Source: an uncultured Chthonomonadaceae bacterium
Lineage (GTDB): Bacteria; Armatimonadota; Chthonomonadetes; Chthonomonadales; Chthonomonadaceae
Length of the DNA stretch: 64,000 bases
Reading direction: 5' to 3'
Assembly (NCBI GenBank): GCA_963817895.1
Contig: CAWFQB010000002.1
Span: 160,001 to 224,000, forward strand
Of this stretch, positions 21,644-32,385 are shown piece after piece. Each line of letters begins with the position of its first letter. Within the stretch, counting starts at the first letter, position 1. A model generated the notes under the pieces. The model did no database searches, was not told where the DNA came from, and was given only the letters and a program-made list of their open reading frames with translations. Both the position numbers and the translations under genes were made by a program.

Positions 21644-24434
21644 TTATGCTGCTCGCTCAACCTTGTGGACATCAACCTGTCCCATTGTTGCGCGATTGTC
21701 AACAATGGGCTGAACGTTTCTCGAACCGACAGGCGCAAACCCACGCAGGCGCAGGGCGTTGGTTACGACCGAAACGCTGCTCATTGCCATCGCCGCTGAC
21801 GCGATCATCGGTGACAGCAGCCAACCCGTGAGCGGGAACAGAATACCCGCCGCAATCGGAATGCCCAGCGTGTTATAGCCGAAAGCAAAGGCAAGGTTCT
21901 GGCGGATGTTCCGCATCGTCGCCCGCGAGAGTTCGATAGCGTCCGCCACGCCATTGAGGTCGCCACGCATCAGCACTACGTCCGCGGCTTCAATGGCTAC
22001 ATCCGTTCCCGTTCCGATAGCCATGCCGATGTCAGCCTGCGCCAGCGCAGGGGCATCATTGATGCCGTCGCCCACCATTGCTACGACCTGTCCCTCGCCT
22101 TGCAACCGCTTGATCTCCTCCGCCTTGTGTTCGGGCATTACTTCCGGCAGAATGCGATCTATGCCGACCTGTCGAGCTACGGCTTCCGCTGTGCGGCGGT
22201 TGTCGCCCGTAAGCATCACCACCGTTACACCCATCGCTTTCAGGCGCGCAATGGCAGCAGGTGTCGTTGCCTTGATCGGGTCGGCGACAGCGAGTACGCC
22301 TGCAACTTTTCCATTGAGAGCCACAAGCATCGGAGTTTTGCCTTCCCCCGACAGTCTCGCCATTTCCCGCTCGAATGAAGCAGCATCTATGTCGCGCTCA
22401 CGCAACAGCGCGATATTGCCGAGCAGTACGTCGTGACCGCCCACATGGGCCTCCACACCGCGTCCGGCAAGCGCCTGGAATTGTGTAGTCGCCACCAGAT
22501 TTATGTTACGGGCCTGCGCTCCCGCGACAATGGCACTTGCCAGTGGGTGTTCACTGCCGCGCTCGACCGAGGCCGCCAATCGCAGCAGTTCGGTTTCCAG
22601 CACTCCCGGCGCGGTAATCACATCGGTGAGAGCGGGCTTACCTTCAGTGATGGTGCCGGTCTTGTCCAGCACGACGGTGTTCACGCCATGCACGGTTTCC
22701 AGAGCCTCAGCGTCCTTTATCAATACGCCTAATTGCGCGCCTCTGCCAGTTCCTACCATGATCGCCGTTGGCGTTGCTAATCCCAACGCGCACGGACAGG
22801 CGATAATCAGCACGGCGACGAAGGCGAGCAGCGCGTGCAGGAACTTCGGCTCCGGCCCCAGTATGTACCAGCCGACAAAGGTAGCGACCGCGAGCATCAG
22901 GACAACGGGAACGAAGTAGCCGGTGATGACATCGGCGAGCCGCTGGATTGGCGCGCGGCTGCCCTGCGCCTGCTCGACAAGCCGAACGATCTGCGCCAGG
23001 GCGGTGTCGCTGCCAACTCGTTTCGCTTCCATCGTGAACGCGCCGCGCTGATTGAGCGTTGCGCCTGTGACGTTCGCGCCTTCGCTCTTTTCGACGGGCA
23101 GGCTCTCGCCCGTCAGCATACTCTCGTCCACCCAGGAATGCCCGGACACCACCACGCCATCTACGGGTACTTTTTCGCCGGGACGCACCAGGAGGCGGTC
23201 GCCTACATGCACATCGCCAAGAGGCACGTCCACTTCCTGTCCCTCTCGCAAAACACGCGCCGTCTTCGGCTGCAAGCCAATCAGTTTTTCGATGGCGCTT
23301 CCCGTGCTGCGTTTGGCCCGCGCTTCCAGCAAGCGGCCCATGAGGATCAGCGTCACGATCACGGCTGCTGTCTCGAAGTACACTCCTCCATTCACGACCG
23401 CGCGCCGCAAAGAAGCCGGGCGCGACTGTGACCGCAAGGGAGTAGGAGTAGGCAGCAAACGTACCGACAACAATCAGCGTGTTCATGTCACTGGCGCGTT
23501 GCTTGAGAGCGGCCCACGCGCCCCGGAAGAAACCACTCCCGGCCCAGAACAGAACAGGAGTTGTCAAAATCAGTTGCGCCCAGTTCCACCACGGCTGCAT
23601 CGTCCAGCGCATGGGGATCAGCCCAAAGTGTGGCCCCATTCCCATCACCAGCACGGGGAGGGCAAGCGCCAGCGAAATCACAAAACGGCGCATGATTTCC
23701 TGCGCTTCGGTAGGTCTATCAGTCGGCTGTGACGGGGCGCTTCCCGAAGTCTGCCCAAAATGATCCAGTTGTGCCATGCTTGCGTTGTAGCCGGAGTCAT
23801 GCACGGCGGCAATCAAATCTTCCGGTTTCGCATGGTTTGCATCGAACTTGACGGCGGCGCGCTCCGCCAGCAGGTTTACCGTTGCGTCCTGCACACCCGG
23901 CACATTTTTAATCGCCTTTTCAACCCGACCTACGCACGACGCGCAGTGCATCCCCGTAATCGTCAGGTCGCAGCGTTCCATTGCCGGTTGTGTCTCATCA
24001 GCGCGAATGAGAGCAGCGGGCGTATCCATCTTGTCGTTGTTTACAGCGGAGGGCTGCGTTGCCGGGGTGACGATCAGTTGGCCCCGGTACATGTTCATGC
24101 CACAGGCGAACGCATACGTGCCCGGCTTGTCCGGCGTGAACTCTACGATTGTAGTTTGGAAAGCGGGCAGTTCTCGGTTGATCTGGAAGTCGGGGAAGAC
24201 CACACGCTCCGAGCAGCCGGTCGTCTCCTGCCGATCAAACTTCAAGCGCACCGGAATCCCGGCCTGTACCTGAATATGATCCGGCTGATAGGTGCCTTCC
24301 ACTCGAACAGTGATTTCCTGAATTCCGGCCTTTGTCTTGGCGCGCTTTCCTTCTTTCGGCCCGAAGAAAAACCAGGCCAGGAACGCGATTACGCCCGTGC
24401 CGCTTATCAAAACAGCCAATGTATCTGCGGTCAT
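21644..24434 (-). CDS. copA: Cu(I)-translocating P1B-1 ATPase with N-terminal cupredoxin and HMA domains (frameshift ~23400)
   Basis: ACGMNM cupredoxin, GMHCASC, TGES, CPC, DKTGT, SEHP, YN, MAMSS. Confidence 0.92.
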
Positions 24435-24470
24435 CTCTCACCTTGCTCTTTCACACAGTCCAGCAGGGAA

Positions 24471-24752
24471 CTACTTTGCAAACTTGTAGATCAAGTCCAT
24501 CATCTCCTGATAGGTTTTTTCGGCTTTATCCTCGTCGCCATCCCGCAACGCATCGGTTACGCAGTGCTGCAAGTGGTTGCGCATCAGGATTTTGCCCACG
24601 CTCCGCAGGGCTTCATGGACGGCAGAAACCTGGTTCATTACGTCCACGCAATAGGTATCCTCCTCTACCATCCGCTTGATGCCTTTCACCTGCCCCTCAA
24701 TGCGGTTCAGGCGGCGTAGCACATCCTCTTTCGGCTCGTTTTGAATTGCCAT
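24471..24752 (-). CDS. csoR: CsoR copper-sensing repressor
   Basis: RLNRIEGQVKGI, YCVDV, HLQHC (C-H-C ligands). Confidence 0.92.
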   Translation of the reverse strand: MAIQNEPKEDVLRRLNRIEGQVKGIKRMVEEDTYCVDVMNQVSAVHEALRSVGKILMRNHLQHCVTDALRDGDEDKAEKTYQEMMDLIYKFAK

Positions 24753-24766
24753 ATTCCCTCCGGCGC

Positions 24767-24787
24767 ATATACCCCCGGAGGGTATAT
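24767..24787. promoter_or_regulatory. CsoR operator ATATACCC-CCGGA-GGGTATAT
   Basis: GC-centred palindrome directly upstream of csoR. Confidence 0.8.
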
Positions 24788-24830
24788 ACCAACTTAATAG
24801 ACGCATGGCAGTAGGGTGAAGTTCCCATAT

Positions 24831-24847
24831 TTCTATTGCCAGTCGAA
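24831..24847. promoter_or_regulatory. putative BlaI-family operator TTCTAT-TGCCA-GTCGAA
   Basis: Shares CATATTTCTATTGC with the 21213 site. Confidence 0.55.
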
Positions 24848-24987
24848 CTACTTTCTAATCTTGTTCTATTTTGTTTGTATGCCTCTGTGGAAAGCGGCAT
24901 GTAAGCCCCATCAAGGAAAAAGGATAAGGATTAAGGAATGGCTTGTCACCGAAGCGTCTTGTAGCCCGCCTTCTTAATGTACTGTAC

Positions 24988-25031
24988 ACAAGGACGCCGG
25001 GGTGGGAAATTTCCCACCCCGGCGTCCTTGT
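24988..25031. terminator. 44-bp perfect palindrome at the end of the periplasmic copper operon
   Basis: ACAAGGACGCCGGGGTGGGAAA/TTTCCCACCCCGGCGTCCTTGT with no spacer. Confidence 0.65.
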
Positions 25032-25052
25032 TCATTCCGTGCTAAACTGTCC

Positions 25053-25349
25053 CTACATCTTCTCGTACTTGCCCATTTTCGCGTTCTTCACGTATTTGGC
25101 AGGGGCTTTGTCGAATTTCGGCTTGCACATGGGGCAGCAGAAGTAGTACGTCTTGCCCTTGTACGCGCTGTGGCCCACGGCGGCCTTCACAGACGCGATC
25201 TTTTCACCTGTGACAGGACAAATCAACGCGGCCTTTGTCGCCTTTGTGTTCGTTTTGGCGGGTTTAGGAGTTTTGTCCTGGTACGGGTTGGCAAACGCCG
25301 CGCCCGCGATTACGGTCAATGCGGACATTGTGAGAATCCAGTGTTTCAT
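25053..25349 (-). CDS. secreted YHS-domain protein
   Basis: Signal peptide, CPVTG...YKGKTYYFCCPMCKPKF. Confidence 0.85.
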   Translation of the reverse strand: MKHWILTMSALTVIAGAAFANPYQDKTPKPAKTNTKATKAALICPVTGEKIASVKAAVGHSAYKGKTYYFCCPMCKPKFDKAPAKYVKNAKMGKYEKM

Positions 25350-25490
25350 ATTTCATCCTTTCGAGACGTTTTCGCCTCTTACTGTCAATAGAACGGCTTA
25401 TGCAGTTCGTCGTGACATTGTTTTCCCATCGTGTACGGCGCGAATGGAATCGATTTCCACCCGCGCCGCAGGTTCACAATGTTTGTGCAA

Positions 25491-26819
25491 TCACTTCGGC
25501 ACGTTGAAGTCGAGCGCTTTGGTGAACGGCTTCTGCTTGGGCGGCGTGACGGTGATGGTGACGCGCCACGGGCCTTTCATGCTGAACGTGACTTCGGACA
25601 GGTAATGACCGGACTTGTCTTCTTTCGTCTTCGGGCGCGTCACGCCCATGTCCATGCTGGTCATTTCCACGGCAGCCGTCACCTTCGCGCCGGTCACCGG
25701 CTTTCCGGCAGGATCAAGCACCGTCACGTCCAGCATGTTCTTGCCGACCTTGAGGGACTTGACGGGAGTGTTGACCATGACTTGATAGCCAGGCGTTTGC
25801 GTGGGAGCCGTTTTGTCTCCTGCGGGCTTTGCCGTATCAGTCGCCTTTGGGGTTTCCGTCCCTTTTGCAGCCGACTTGTCATCTGTCGCAGCCGTTTTTG
25901 CAGGGGCCTTGTCGTCCACCGCCGTTTTCACGGGTGTAGGTAAGGTCGCTGTAGGTGCTGGCACATCCGGTTTTTGCGGAGCGTTGTCGGGCTTCGGGTT
26001 GTTCTGTGCTGTCATATCCGGCATCTTTTCACCGGGTGCGGTGGAAGGGGCACCCTTCTTATCCGGCATCGCCATGCCCGCCATTCCAGAACGGGAAGTA
26101 TCCTGTGCAGTCGGCATCTTCCACTTGGTTTTGCCGTCTACGCTGAAGTCAAGCGTGGATTGAACGGCGTTCTTCTTGTCCGCCTTGCCGTCATTCATCA
26201 ATGTGACTCGCCACGGCCCCTTCATGCTAAAATTGACGGGGACAGAGTAATGACCGTCCTTGCCTTCCACAGCCTTCGGGCGTTCAGTTCCCATATCCAT
26301 GCTGGTCATAGCGACCGTCGCCATGAGTTTCAAGCCCGGCACAGGTTTGCCGCCCGCATCAGTCACAAGGACATCCAGCATGTTGTCGCCAACGGCGGGT
26401 GGGTTCTGTGCCAGAGTAACGGTGATGGGTAAGCCCTGATTCTGCCCCATCGCCATGCCCTTGATATTCTTCATGCCCTTCATGTTCTTGGCATCCATCT
26501 TCATGCCGGGCCGCATGGGGGCCATCTTCATGTGTTCCATGCCGGAACCGCCCACCATCATCAGGGTCATCATCTCCGCCATATCGGAGTCTTTGCCGAA
26601 ACCGAGCATATCGTCCCAGTTTTCATCACCTTTGACGGTCACGATGCCTGCCTCTTTGATGCGCGACATTTCCTGCATCGCGCCTTTGTAGACACGATCC
26701 TTCTTGGTAGCGGCTCCGCCCGCGACCTCCTGCGCGCCCGCGAAGGCGACGAGCAGGGTCATGCCAAGCGCCACTGCTGTCGCGCTCCGTATGGTTCTGT
26801 GTTTGTTTCGCGTATTCAT
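25491..26819 (-). CDS. secreted Met-rich protein with two YtkA/FixH-like domains
   Basis: Signal peptide, Met-rich segment, repeated MTSMDMG...GHY...FSMKGPWRV units. Confidence 0.8.
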   Translation of the reverse strand: MNTRNKHRTIRSATAVALGMTLLVAFAGAQEVAGGAATKKDRVYKGAMQEMSRIKEAGIVTVKGDENWDDMLGFGKDSDMAEMMTLMMVGGSGMEHMKMAPMRPGMKMDAKNMKGMKNIKGMAMGQNQGLPITVTLAQNPPAVGDNMLDVLVTDAGGKPVPGLKLMATVAMTSMDMGTERPKAVEGKDGHYSVPVNFSMKGPWRVTLMNDGKADKKNAVQSTLDFSVDGKTKWKMPTAQDTSRSGMAGMAMPDKKGAPSTAPGEKMPDMTAQNNPKPDNAPQKPDVPAPTATLPTPVKTAVDDKAPAKTAATDDKSAAKGTETPKATDTAKPAGDKTAPTQTPGYQVMVNTPVKSLKVGKNMLDVTVLDPAGKPVTGAKVTAAVEMTSMDMGVTRPKTKEDKSGHYLSEVTFSMKGPWRVTITVTPPKQKPFTKALDFNVPK

Positions 26820-26856
26820 GGTTCTCTCGCTTTCACGCCATACCGGTTTAGTCAGA

Positions 26857-28086
26857 CTAATCCGGTATGTACTGGTGCTGCAAGTTCAGCAGGGAGCGGC
26901 GCGGCCCCAAATGCTTGTTGAACGTGTTGTTGAAGTTGAAGACAAAGCCAATTTGTACAGAGTGTTCGTCTTTCACACCGCTGTACGCGCTCGCATAGGC
27001 CGACTGCCGGTTTTGGTACTGATACTGCACCACCACATCGAAGCCGCTGCCCAAGCGTTTTACGCCCGTGAGAGCCAGGCCGAAGGTGTTGCCATCACGT
27101 ACCTTGTCGTAGGACTTATAGCCCGCCGTGAGGGACACCTGATAGCCGGGAACTCCGAACGGGCTGTGCAGATAACGCAGCGAAACTGCTGCCGTGTTGC
27201 CGTCTCCGCGAAAGGTGTCTGTCACGCTGCCGAAGGCGCGCGTGTCGTTGCCAAACGCATAGTAATCCTGAACGCGCAGGTCAATCCGGTCTACGGGATC
27301 GGGAGCGATATTGTAAACCAAACCGCCATAAACCACGTTCGACGCGCCGCCTTCTCCCCTGCCAAGCGATCTGCGCTCAAAACCTGCGCCCCACAGCGGA
27401 ACCTTTTTCAGTGTTTCCAACGCGGCAAGTTCCTGATACTGGTAGGCGATGCCATAGGAATTGATGCCTGCCTGTCCGACCGTTGATGACGTAGACGTAA
27501 TCAGGTTTTGGGCATGGAAGTTCAACGATGAGCGCAGGTTGCCATGTAGCACAACGGTCGCCTGGTTGGTGTAACGATGCTCCTGCACATTGTTGCCGTT
27601 GGAAAACGGGTCGAGGACGTTGACAAATTCGTTCAGATCGTCCCCGCGTACCGTTGGGAAATCCACCAGCCGCGTCCCCGTATCCGTGCGCCCGATGTAG
27701 GCTTCGAGTTTGTTGGTCTGGTAGTTCAGATACAACTGGTGCAGGAACGCATCTGTACCACTCGGCGCACGGTTCGATTCGGTTGAGGTCAGCCCAACCA
27801 CGAAACTACCGATACCGCCCTTACGCGCCAGCCGCTCCGAAACGCCCAGCAGCAGGGCCGAGTCAGACAGATTGATGCGGCTGCTGCTGGAGCGCGCGCC
27901 GCTGGGCAGCGTGATACGCGGCGAATGGTATTCCAGCGTGCCGATGCCCGTGCCATCCAATTCGATTTGCGGCGAGATGCTTGGCTGCTCCGGGATGGGT
28001 GTCTGCTGCGCCTGTCCCTGCGCCATTCCGGGGAGGAGCGCGGCGGCGAGGGCCAGCAGCGTTACTCCGGGTCGATTCGTCTTCAA
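26857..28086 (-). CDS. outer-membrane beta-barrel (porin-like) protein
   Basis: Signal peptide, alternating aromatic beta strands, AGGAG RBS. Confidence 0.65.
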   Translation of the reverse strand: MKTNRPGVTLLALAAALLPGMAQGQAQQTPIPEQPSISPQIELDGTGIGTLEYHSPRITLPSGARSSSSRINLSDSALLLGVSERLARKGGIGSFVVGLTSTESNRAPSGTDAFLHQLYLNYQTNKLEAYIGRTDTGTRLVDFPTVRGDDLNEFVNVLDPFSNGNNVQEHRYTNQATVVLHGNLRSSLNFHAQNLITSTSSTVGQAGINSYGIAYQYQELAALETLKKVPLWGAGFERRSLGRGEGGASNVVYGGLVYNIAPDPVDRIDLRVQDYYAFGNDTRAFGSVTDTFRGDGNTAAVSLRYLHSPFGVPGYQVSLTAGYKSYDKVRDGNTFGLALTGVKRLGSGFDVVVQYQYQNRQSAYASAYSGVKDEHSVQIGFVFNFNNTFNKHLGPRRSLLNLQHQYIPD

Positions 28087-28146
28087 TCCCTGTTCTCCTT
28101 ATTGTTTGCCATCTTGCCTGTTGATATGGTTTGGTTCACGACCGAC

Positions 28147-29466
28147 TTACGAGTCCGTCGCAATCACTTCTTTGAACTTGAAGCCCGCTTCTTCGGCGTC
28201 CTCGTACATCAGCATCGTCATCATGCCGCCCGGCGACATGCCATTGTTCATCAGGCTAATGTCGCTGTGGTCGTGGAAGTGCCAGCCGCCCGGATTGGTT
28301 CCCTGCACAATGATGTCCGCCGTGCTGCCCGGAAAAACCGGCACGGTGTTCATGCGAACAGGCGACGCGAGTGGCGAACCATCCTGGCACACATGCCAAA
28401 AGTCGTGTCCGTGCAGGTGCATGTTGTGGAGAAGGATGCCCGCATTGATGAGCCGGATGCGGATGTTTTCGCCGCGCTTAATGTGCATGTGTTCCGTCAT
28501 GGGGTAGGGCCTGCCGTTGATGAGGAAAAAGTTCGGCTCAATCCGCATTGCCGGGCCGGTACGCGCGCGGTGATAGGGGGGCGTCCAGCCGCTTTTGACG
28601 GCCTTAACAAAGGTTTCTTTATCCTTAAACCAGCCCATCATGTTGCCATTCATCTTCGCCATGAGTTTCGAGGAGCCATTCATGGCATCCATCGTCACGC
28701 CCATCGTCAGCATTTCGTTCATCTGTTCGCGCAAAAAGTCCGTATCCACCTCGCTCAAGACAAGGGTGTACTCGCGGTCATACGGAAACGTTTTCTGCAC
28801 AATATCCGGTTCCGCAGGCTCAATGATGAGCGAACCGTATAGTCCGGCCTGGATGTGCATGTTGGTCATATTGTGGCAGTGGTAAAAGTGCGTCCCCGCA
28901 GGCTGCGCTTTCCACAGGTATGTGAACTTCTGCCCGTAACCGACCGGATACTGCGTCCCCAACGGTACACCATCCATTTCACAGGGAACGTAGATGCCGT
29001 GCCAATGGATGGTGTGGAAGTCATGGGTCTTGTTTGACAGGTTGACCTTGACCCAATCGCCTTCTTTCACACGGATTTCCGGGCCGGGCAACGTTTTGTT
29101 GAACGTATAGAAGTGGTGTTCTTCCAGCGGCAGTATCTCGATCTTCTCGACCGTCACCTCAATGTTAAACTCGTGTATTTTGTCACCCGGCTTGGGCATG
29201 TCGCGCGGGTTCCACTTGGGCGCAGTCTCGTTGATAATCAACTGCGAGGGCCAGCCATTATGCTGTGTGTTTTCCACCGGTACAGCGGTCGTGTCGGTTT
29301 TAGGCGCGGCTGGATTGACGACCGTTCCTTGTGCCTGCGCGGGCTGCGCGTCCAATCCCGCTCCTATTCCAAACGCGCCTGCGATTCCCGCCAGCCGGGA
29401 CAGGAATTTGCGGCGTCCTACCTGCTTTGTACCTTCCGGCTTTGTATATTCGGTTTTGGTGTCCAT
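28147..29466 (-). CDS. Tat-exported two-domain multicopper oxidase
   Basis: RRKFL; HTIHWHG, HCH...H...L, HNMHLHGH, HDH. Confidence 0.9.
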   Translation of the reverse strand: MDTKTEYTKPEGTKQVGRRKFLSRLAGIAGAFGIGAGLDAQPAQAQGTVVNPAAPKTDTTAVPVENTQHNGWPSQLIINETAPKWNPRDMPKPGDKIHEFNIEVTVEKIEILPLEEHHFYTFNKTLPGPEIRVKEGDWVKVNLSNKTHDFHTIHWHGIYVPCEMDGVPLGTQYPVGYGQKFTYLWKAQPAGTHFYHCHNMTNMHIQAGLYGSLIIEPAEPDIVQKTFPYDREYTLVLSEVDTDFLREQMNEMLTMGVTMDAMNGSSKLMAKMNGNMMGWFKDKETFVKAVKSGWTPPYHRARTGPAMRIEPNFFLINGRPYPMTEHMHIKRGENIRIRLINAGILLHNMHLHGHDFWHVCQDGSPLASPVRMNTVPVFPGSTADIIVQGTNPGGWHFHDHSDISLMNNGMSPGGMMTMLMYEDAEEAGFKFKEVIATDS

Positions 29467-29527
29467 CGTTGTATCCTTATGGCACGGCGGGAAAAGCATT
29501 TCCCGCCGTGCCAACTATGAACCGATG

Positions 29528-30181
29528 CTACTTCGCGTCTTTGCTCGGCGCTTCGGTCGCCTTCTTTTGCTGGGCGTCCTTGATGCGCGCGTCAAGGCCG
29601 TTCAGGTACTTGTCCGGGTTCTTGTCGAACTGCGGTTTGCACCCGTCGCAGCAGAAGTAGTACCGCGTGTCCTTGTAGTCACTGTAATCGGGGGCTTTGG
29701 CGTAAGCCTCCACGATCTCATTGCTCACCGGGCAGAACAAAACTTCCTTCTTGGGTACAGCCGCGTACTTCTTCGGCTCTTGGTCAAAGGTCTTTTTTTC
29801 ATCTTCTTTGGCAAAGAAATAGCGGACGCCGTTGTAGTCGCTATGCACGGTTGCCTTATCCGCTTCGAGGCGTTTGGTCGTGACAGGATCGAACATCGCC
29901 GTGCCGAGCACTTTGCCTTTGTTCTTGTCGTCCTTGAGGAACTTGGCCTGGTCTTTGTCGAACTGCGGCTTGCAGCCCTCGCAGCAGAAGTAATACCGCA
30001 CACCTTTGTAGTCCGAGGGCTGCGTGTCCTTTGTTACTTTGGCAATCGGGTTGTGCAGCACGGGACAGGTAAAGGAACCGGTGTCCTCAGCGCGAACGAC
30101 AGAAACAGGGAACAGTACGGCGGCGCAGGCGAGAGCCGCAAGAAAAGTGCGCCGAGACGCGCGAATGGTCTGGGAAAACAT
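29528..30181 (-). CDS. secreted protein with three YHS-like domains
   Basis: RRTFL signal; three C/DPV...DY.G/D.RY.F repeats. Confidence 0.85.
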   Translation of the reverse strand: MFSQTIRASRRTFLAALACAAVLFPVSVVRAEDTGSFTCPVLHNPIAKVTKDTQPSDYKGVRYYFCCEGCKPQFDKDQAKFLKDDKNKGKVLGTAMFDPVTTKRLEADKATVHSDYNGVRYFFAKEDEKKTFDQEPKKYAAVPKKEVLFCPVSNEIVEAYAKAPDYSDYKDTRYYFCCDGCKPQFDKNPDKYLNGLDARIKDAQQKKATEAPSKDAK

Positions 30182-30250
30182 GGATACATACCTTTCTTCG
30201 AGTTGATGTGACGCTAGATTAAGGCTACCATCAGGCAGCCGGAGTCAGAC

Positions 30251-30689
30251 TCATCCCTGGAAAGGTGGGGCGCGAGGCGAGGAGGAAGAACGCGAAACGC
30301 TTTGCGCAGTTTCGTCTGCGTCGGCAATAAGAATATCACGACGCGCTACGGCTGGCGCACAAATGCTTGGAGTAGAGACGAGAATAGCCGGAAAGGACAC
30401 AACGACGATGAGTCTGCGGCGTGGGTACGCGCTCAGGCGCAGGGTTGACGGCACAGGAACAGTCGTTCCTATGGCAACTGTCAGAGTGAGCCGCGTTGTG
30501 TGCCATACCAAAGCGGGCAGCATGGCAGGCGCAAGTTACGGTATGGGCGGCGCAACACGCGCGCGGCATGGGAGCGGCTTGCCCCATGTCCTTGCAGGCG
30601 GCGACAGCAGGCGCGCAGGTCGCAAGCGTTGGGAACGCCAGGATCAGCAAAACCGCCAGATGCCAGATTATGCGTCGCGTCGTGTGCAT
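30251..30689 (-). CDS. Cys/His-rich leader protein with C-terminal RAPP (frameshift ~30430)
   Basis: Signal-like N terminus with CC/CAC/CSC in one frame; PRAPPFQG* in the other. Confidence 0.65.
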
Positions 30690-30731
30690 AGTATTCGGTA
30701 CGAGACTTAAAAGATGGATGTCACTAAATTA

Positions 30732-30748
30732 TTCTACCATAAGTAGAA
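30732..30748. promoter_or_regulatory. putative BlaI-family operator TTCTAC-CATAA-GTAGAA overlapping an extended -10
   Basis: Perfect 6-bp arms; minus strand reads TGGTAGAAT. Confidence 0.7.
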
Positions 30749-30810
30749 GTTCTCTGATGTGAAATTTTCCACTCTTTCCACTCCGAGCGAATGTTTTACC
30801 CTTTTACACG

Positions 30811-31894
30811 TTAGCGTAGCGTCCGCGCAACGGCTTCCAGGCTGCAATGCGCGGTACAAAGCGCCTGCGGTGTCAGGAGCAAGGCCAATCCCACGATAGT
30901 GAGAACTGCGGTGATGGCCCAATGCCAAAGCCGCATGGGAAAAGGTTCGATTGGAGGTGTAACTGCCTGCTCCGCATACGCCAGTAGGCGCTCTACGCGC
31001 TTGTGGGGCGAACACGCGGATTCCTCTGCAAACCCCAATATCACTGTAGGCAGCGGGTTGGCTTGAACAGACGCGCCTTGAACGCGCAAAATCGCCGACG
31101 CAAGCGCTAGGGGATTACGCGTGTGGGCTGTCGTTGCCGCATCGCACGCCAGTTCGGTCTCCTCGCGCCAATGCCGAGAGAGCAGCCGCAAGGGGCGCAA
31201 ATAGAAGAATATACAGTTGAATAAGCCGATCAACAACGTGCGCCATACATCGCGGGCACGGATAATGGTTTATCTCATGCAGCAACACTGCTGCCAGTTC
31301 TTCGTCCGTAGCAGCGCTGACCAGTTCCGTGGAGAGGACACAACGGACGTGACGGATGCCTAACAAACAGGAGCGTGCCATTGGAATATCGGCCTCGAAG
31401 AATTCCAGAGGCTCGTAGTTGCTGCCAACACGAACGTGGTCTAGCGCCGCCGCTAATTTCGGCGACGGAAGTTTCAGGAAGGGACGCAGTTCTCGTTCCA
31501 GCGAAAGGGTAGCGGCAAGCAAGCGAAGGCCAGAAACGATGCCCCATGCCAACAATATCCACGCGGCCCCCTGAATCATCAGCCCGGCAATAATAGGTAT
31601 TTTTCCCTCCGGCACGGTGAGGAAGTGTGCGATGTCAGCACAGTAAACGCTGTGATGTTCCCGACTCGGCACATGGCTGTGGCGGAGGAACGCGCCACCT
31701 ACGGTAAGAACGCCCGCAGCCGTAGGAGGCAGCACAAGGGCTAAGAATAATGCTCCTCGCAGCCCGTGCTTGGACGCTCCAACGCGTATCTTTGAAACAA
31801 AGGTGATGACAAGCCATGCTGCCGTGTAGAATACAGCGCTCAACGCCAGGAAGAACACGGCGCTGACAAGCAAGAGAGCATAATTAACTACCAT
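30811..31894 (-). CDS. M56-family (BlaR1-like) membrane metallopeptidase (frameshift ~31262)
   Basis: TM segments, ELAAVLLHEINH, ETELACD, LASAI; adjacent to BlaI homolog. Confidence 0.85.
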
Positions 31895-32330
31895 CAGGCT
31901 CCTCCTTTGCTTTGCGGCGTTGCAGTTCCTCCACGCGCCGGGCCAGTTCCGCCAGGTCTGCCCCTTCCTCTGCGGTCTGGGAAAAGTAGGTCGCTACCGC
32001 CTTCGGGAAACGTGCGATAAGATTGTCGAGTACACCGGAAACGATCCTTGCCTCCAATTCCGGTTCGGTCACGACGGCGAAATAACGGTATGCTTTGCCT
32101 TCCTTCTCCCGGCGAACGATGTCCTTGTTCAGCAAGCGATCCAACGTCGTCAGAACCGTAGTTAAAGCAATCGCCTGCTCCTTGTCCAATGTCTGTTGCA
32201 GGTCGGCGGCAAGACAACCGGACTCGCCACAGCCCCAGACTTCCTGCATGATGGCTGTCTCTAACTCACCGAGCGGCCCGCCCACGCCAGTACGTTCCGG
32301 TCGAAATCTTTGCCGTGCTTTGTTGGTCAC
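31884..32330 (-). CDS. BlaI/MecI/CopY-family repressor
   Basis: LGELETAIMQEVW, TTVLTTLDRLLNK, KAYRY; GGAGGA RBS before GTG. Confidence 0.92.
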   Translation of the reverse strand: MTNKARQRFRPERTGVGGPLGELETAIMQEVWGCGESGCLAADLQQTLDKEQAIALTTVLTTLDRLLNKDIVRREKEGKAYRYFAVVTEPELEARIVSGVLDNLIARFPKAVATYFSQTAEEGADLAELARRVEELQRRKAKEEPDGS

Positions 32331-32385
32331 TTGCTCCTCCGTTTTCTCTTGATACAATCTCTATACCAAGTTTACCACAGGTGAG

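Noticed and set aside
31884..32330. Calling the repressor CopY
   Set aside because: No C-terminal CxC motif, and it is paired with an M56 peptidase like BlaI
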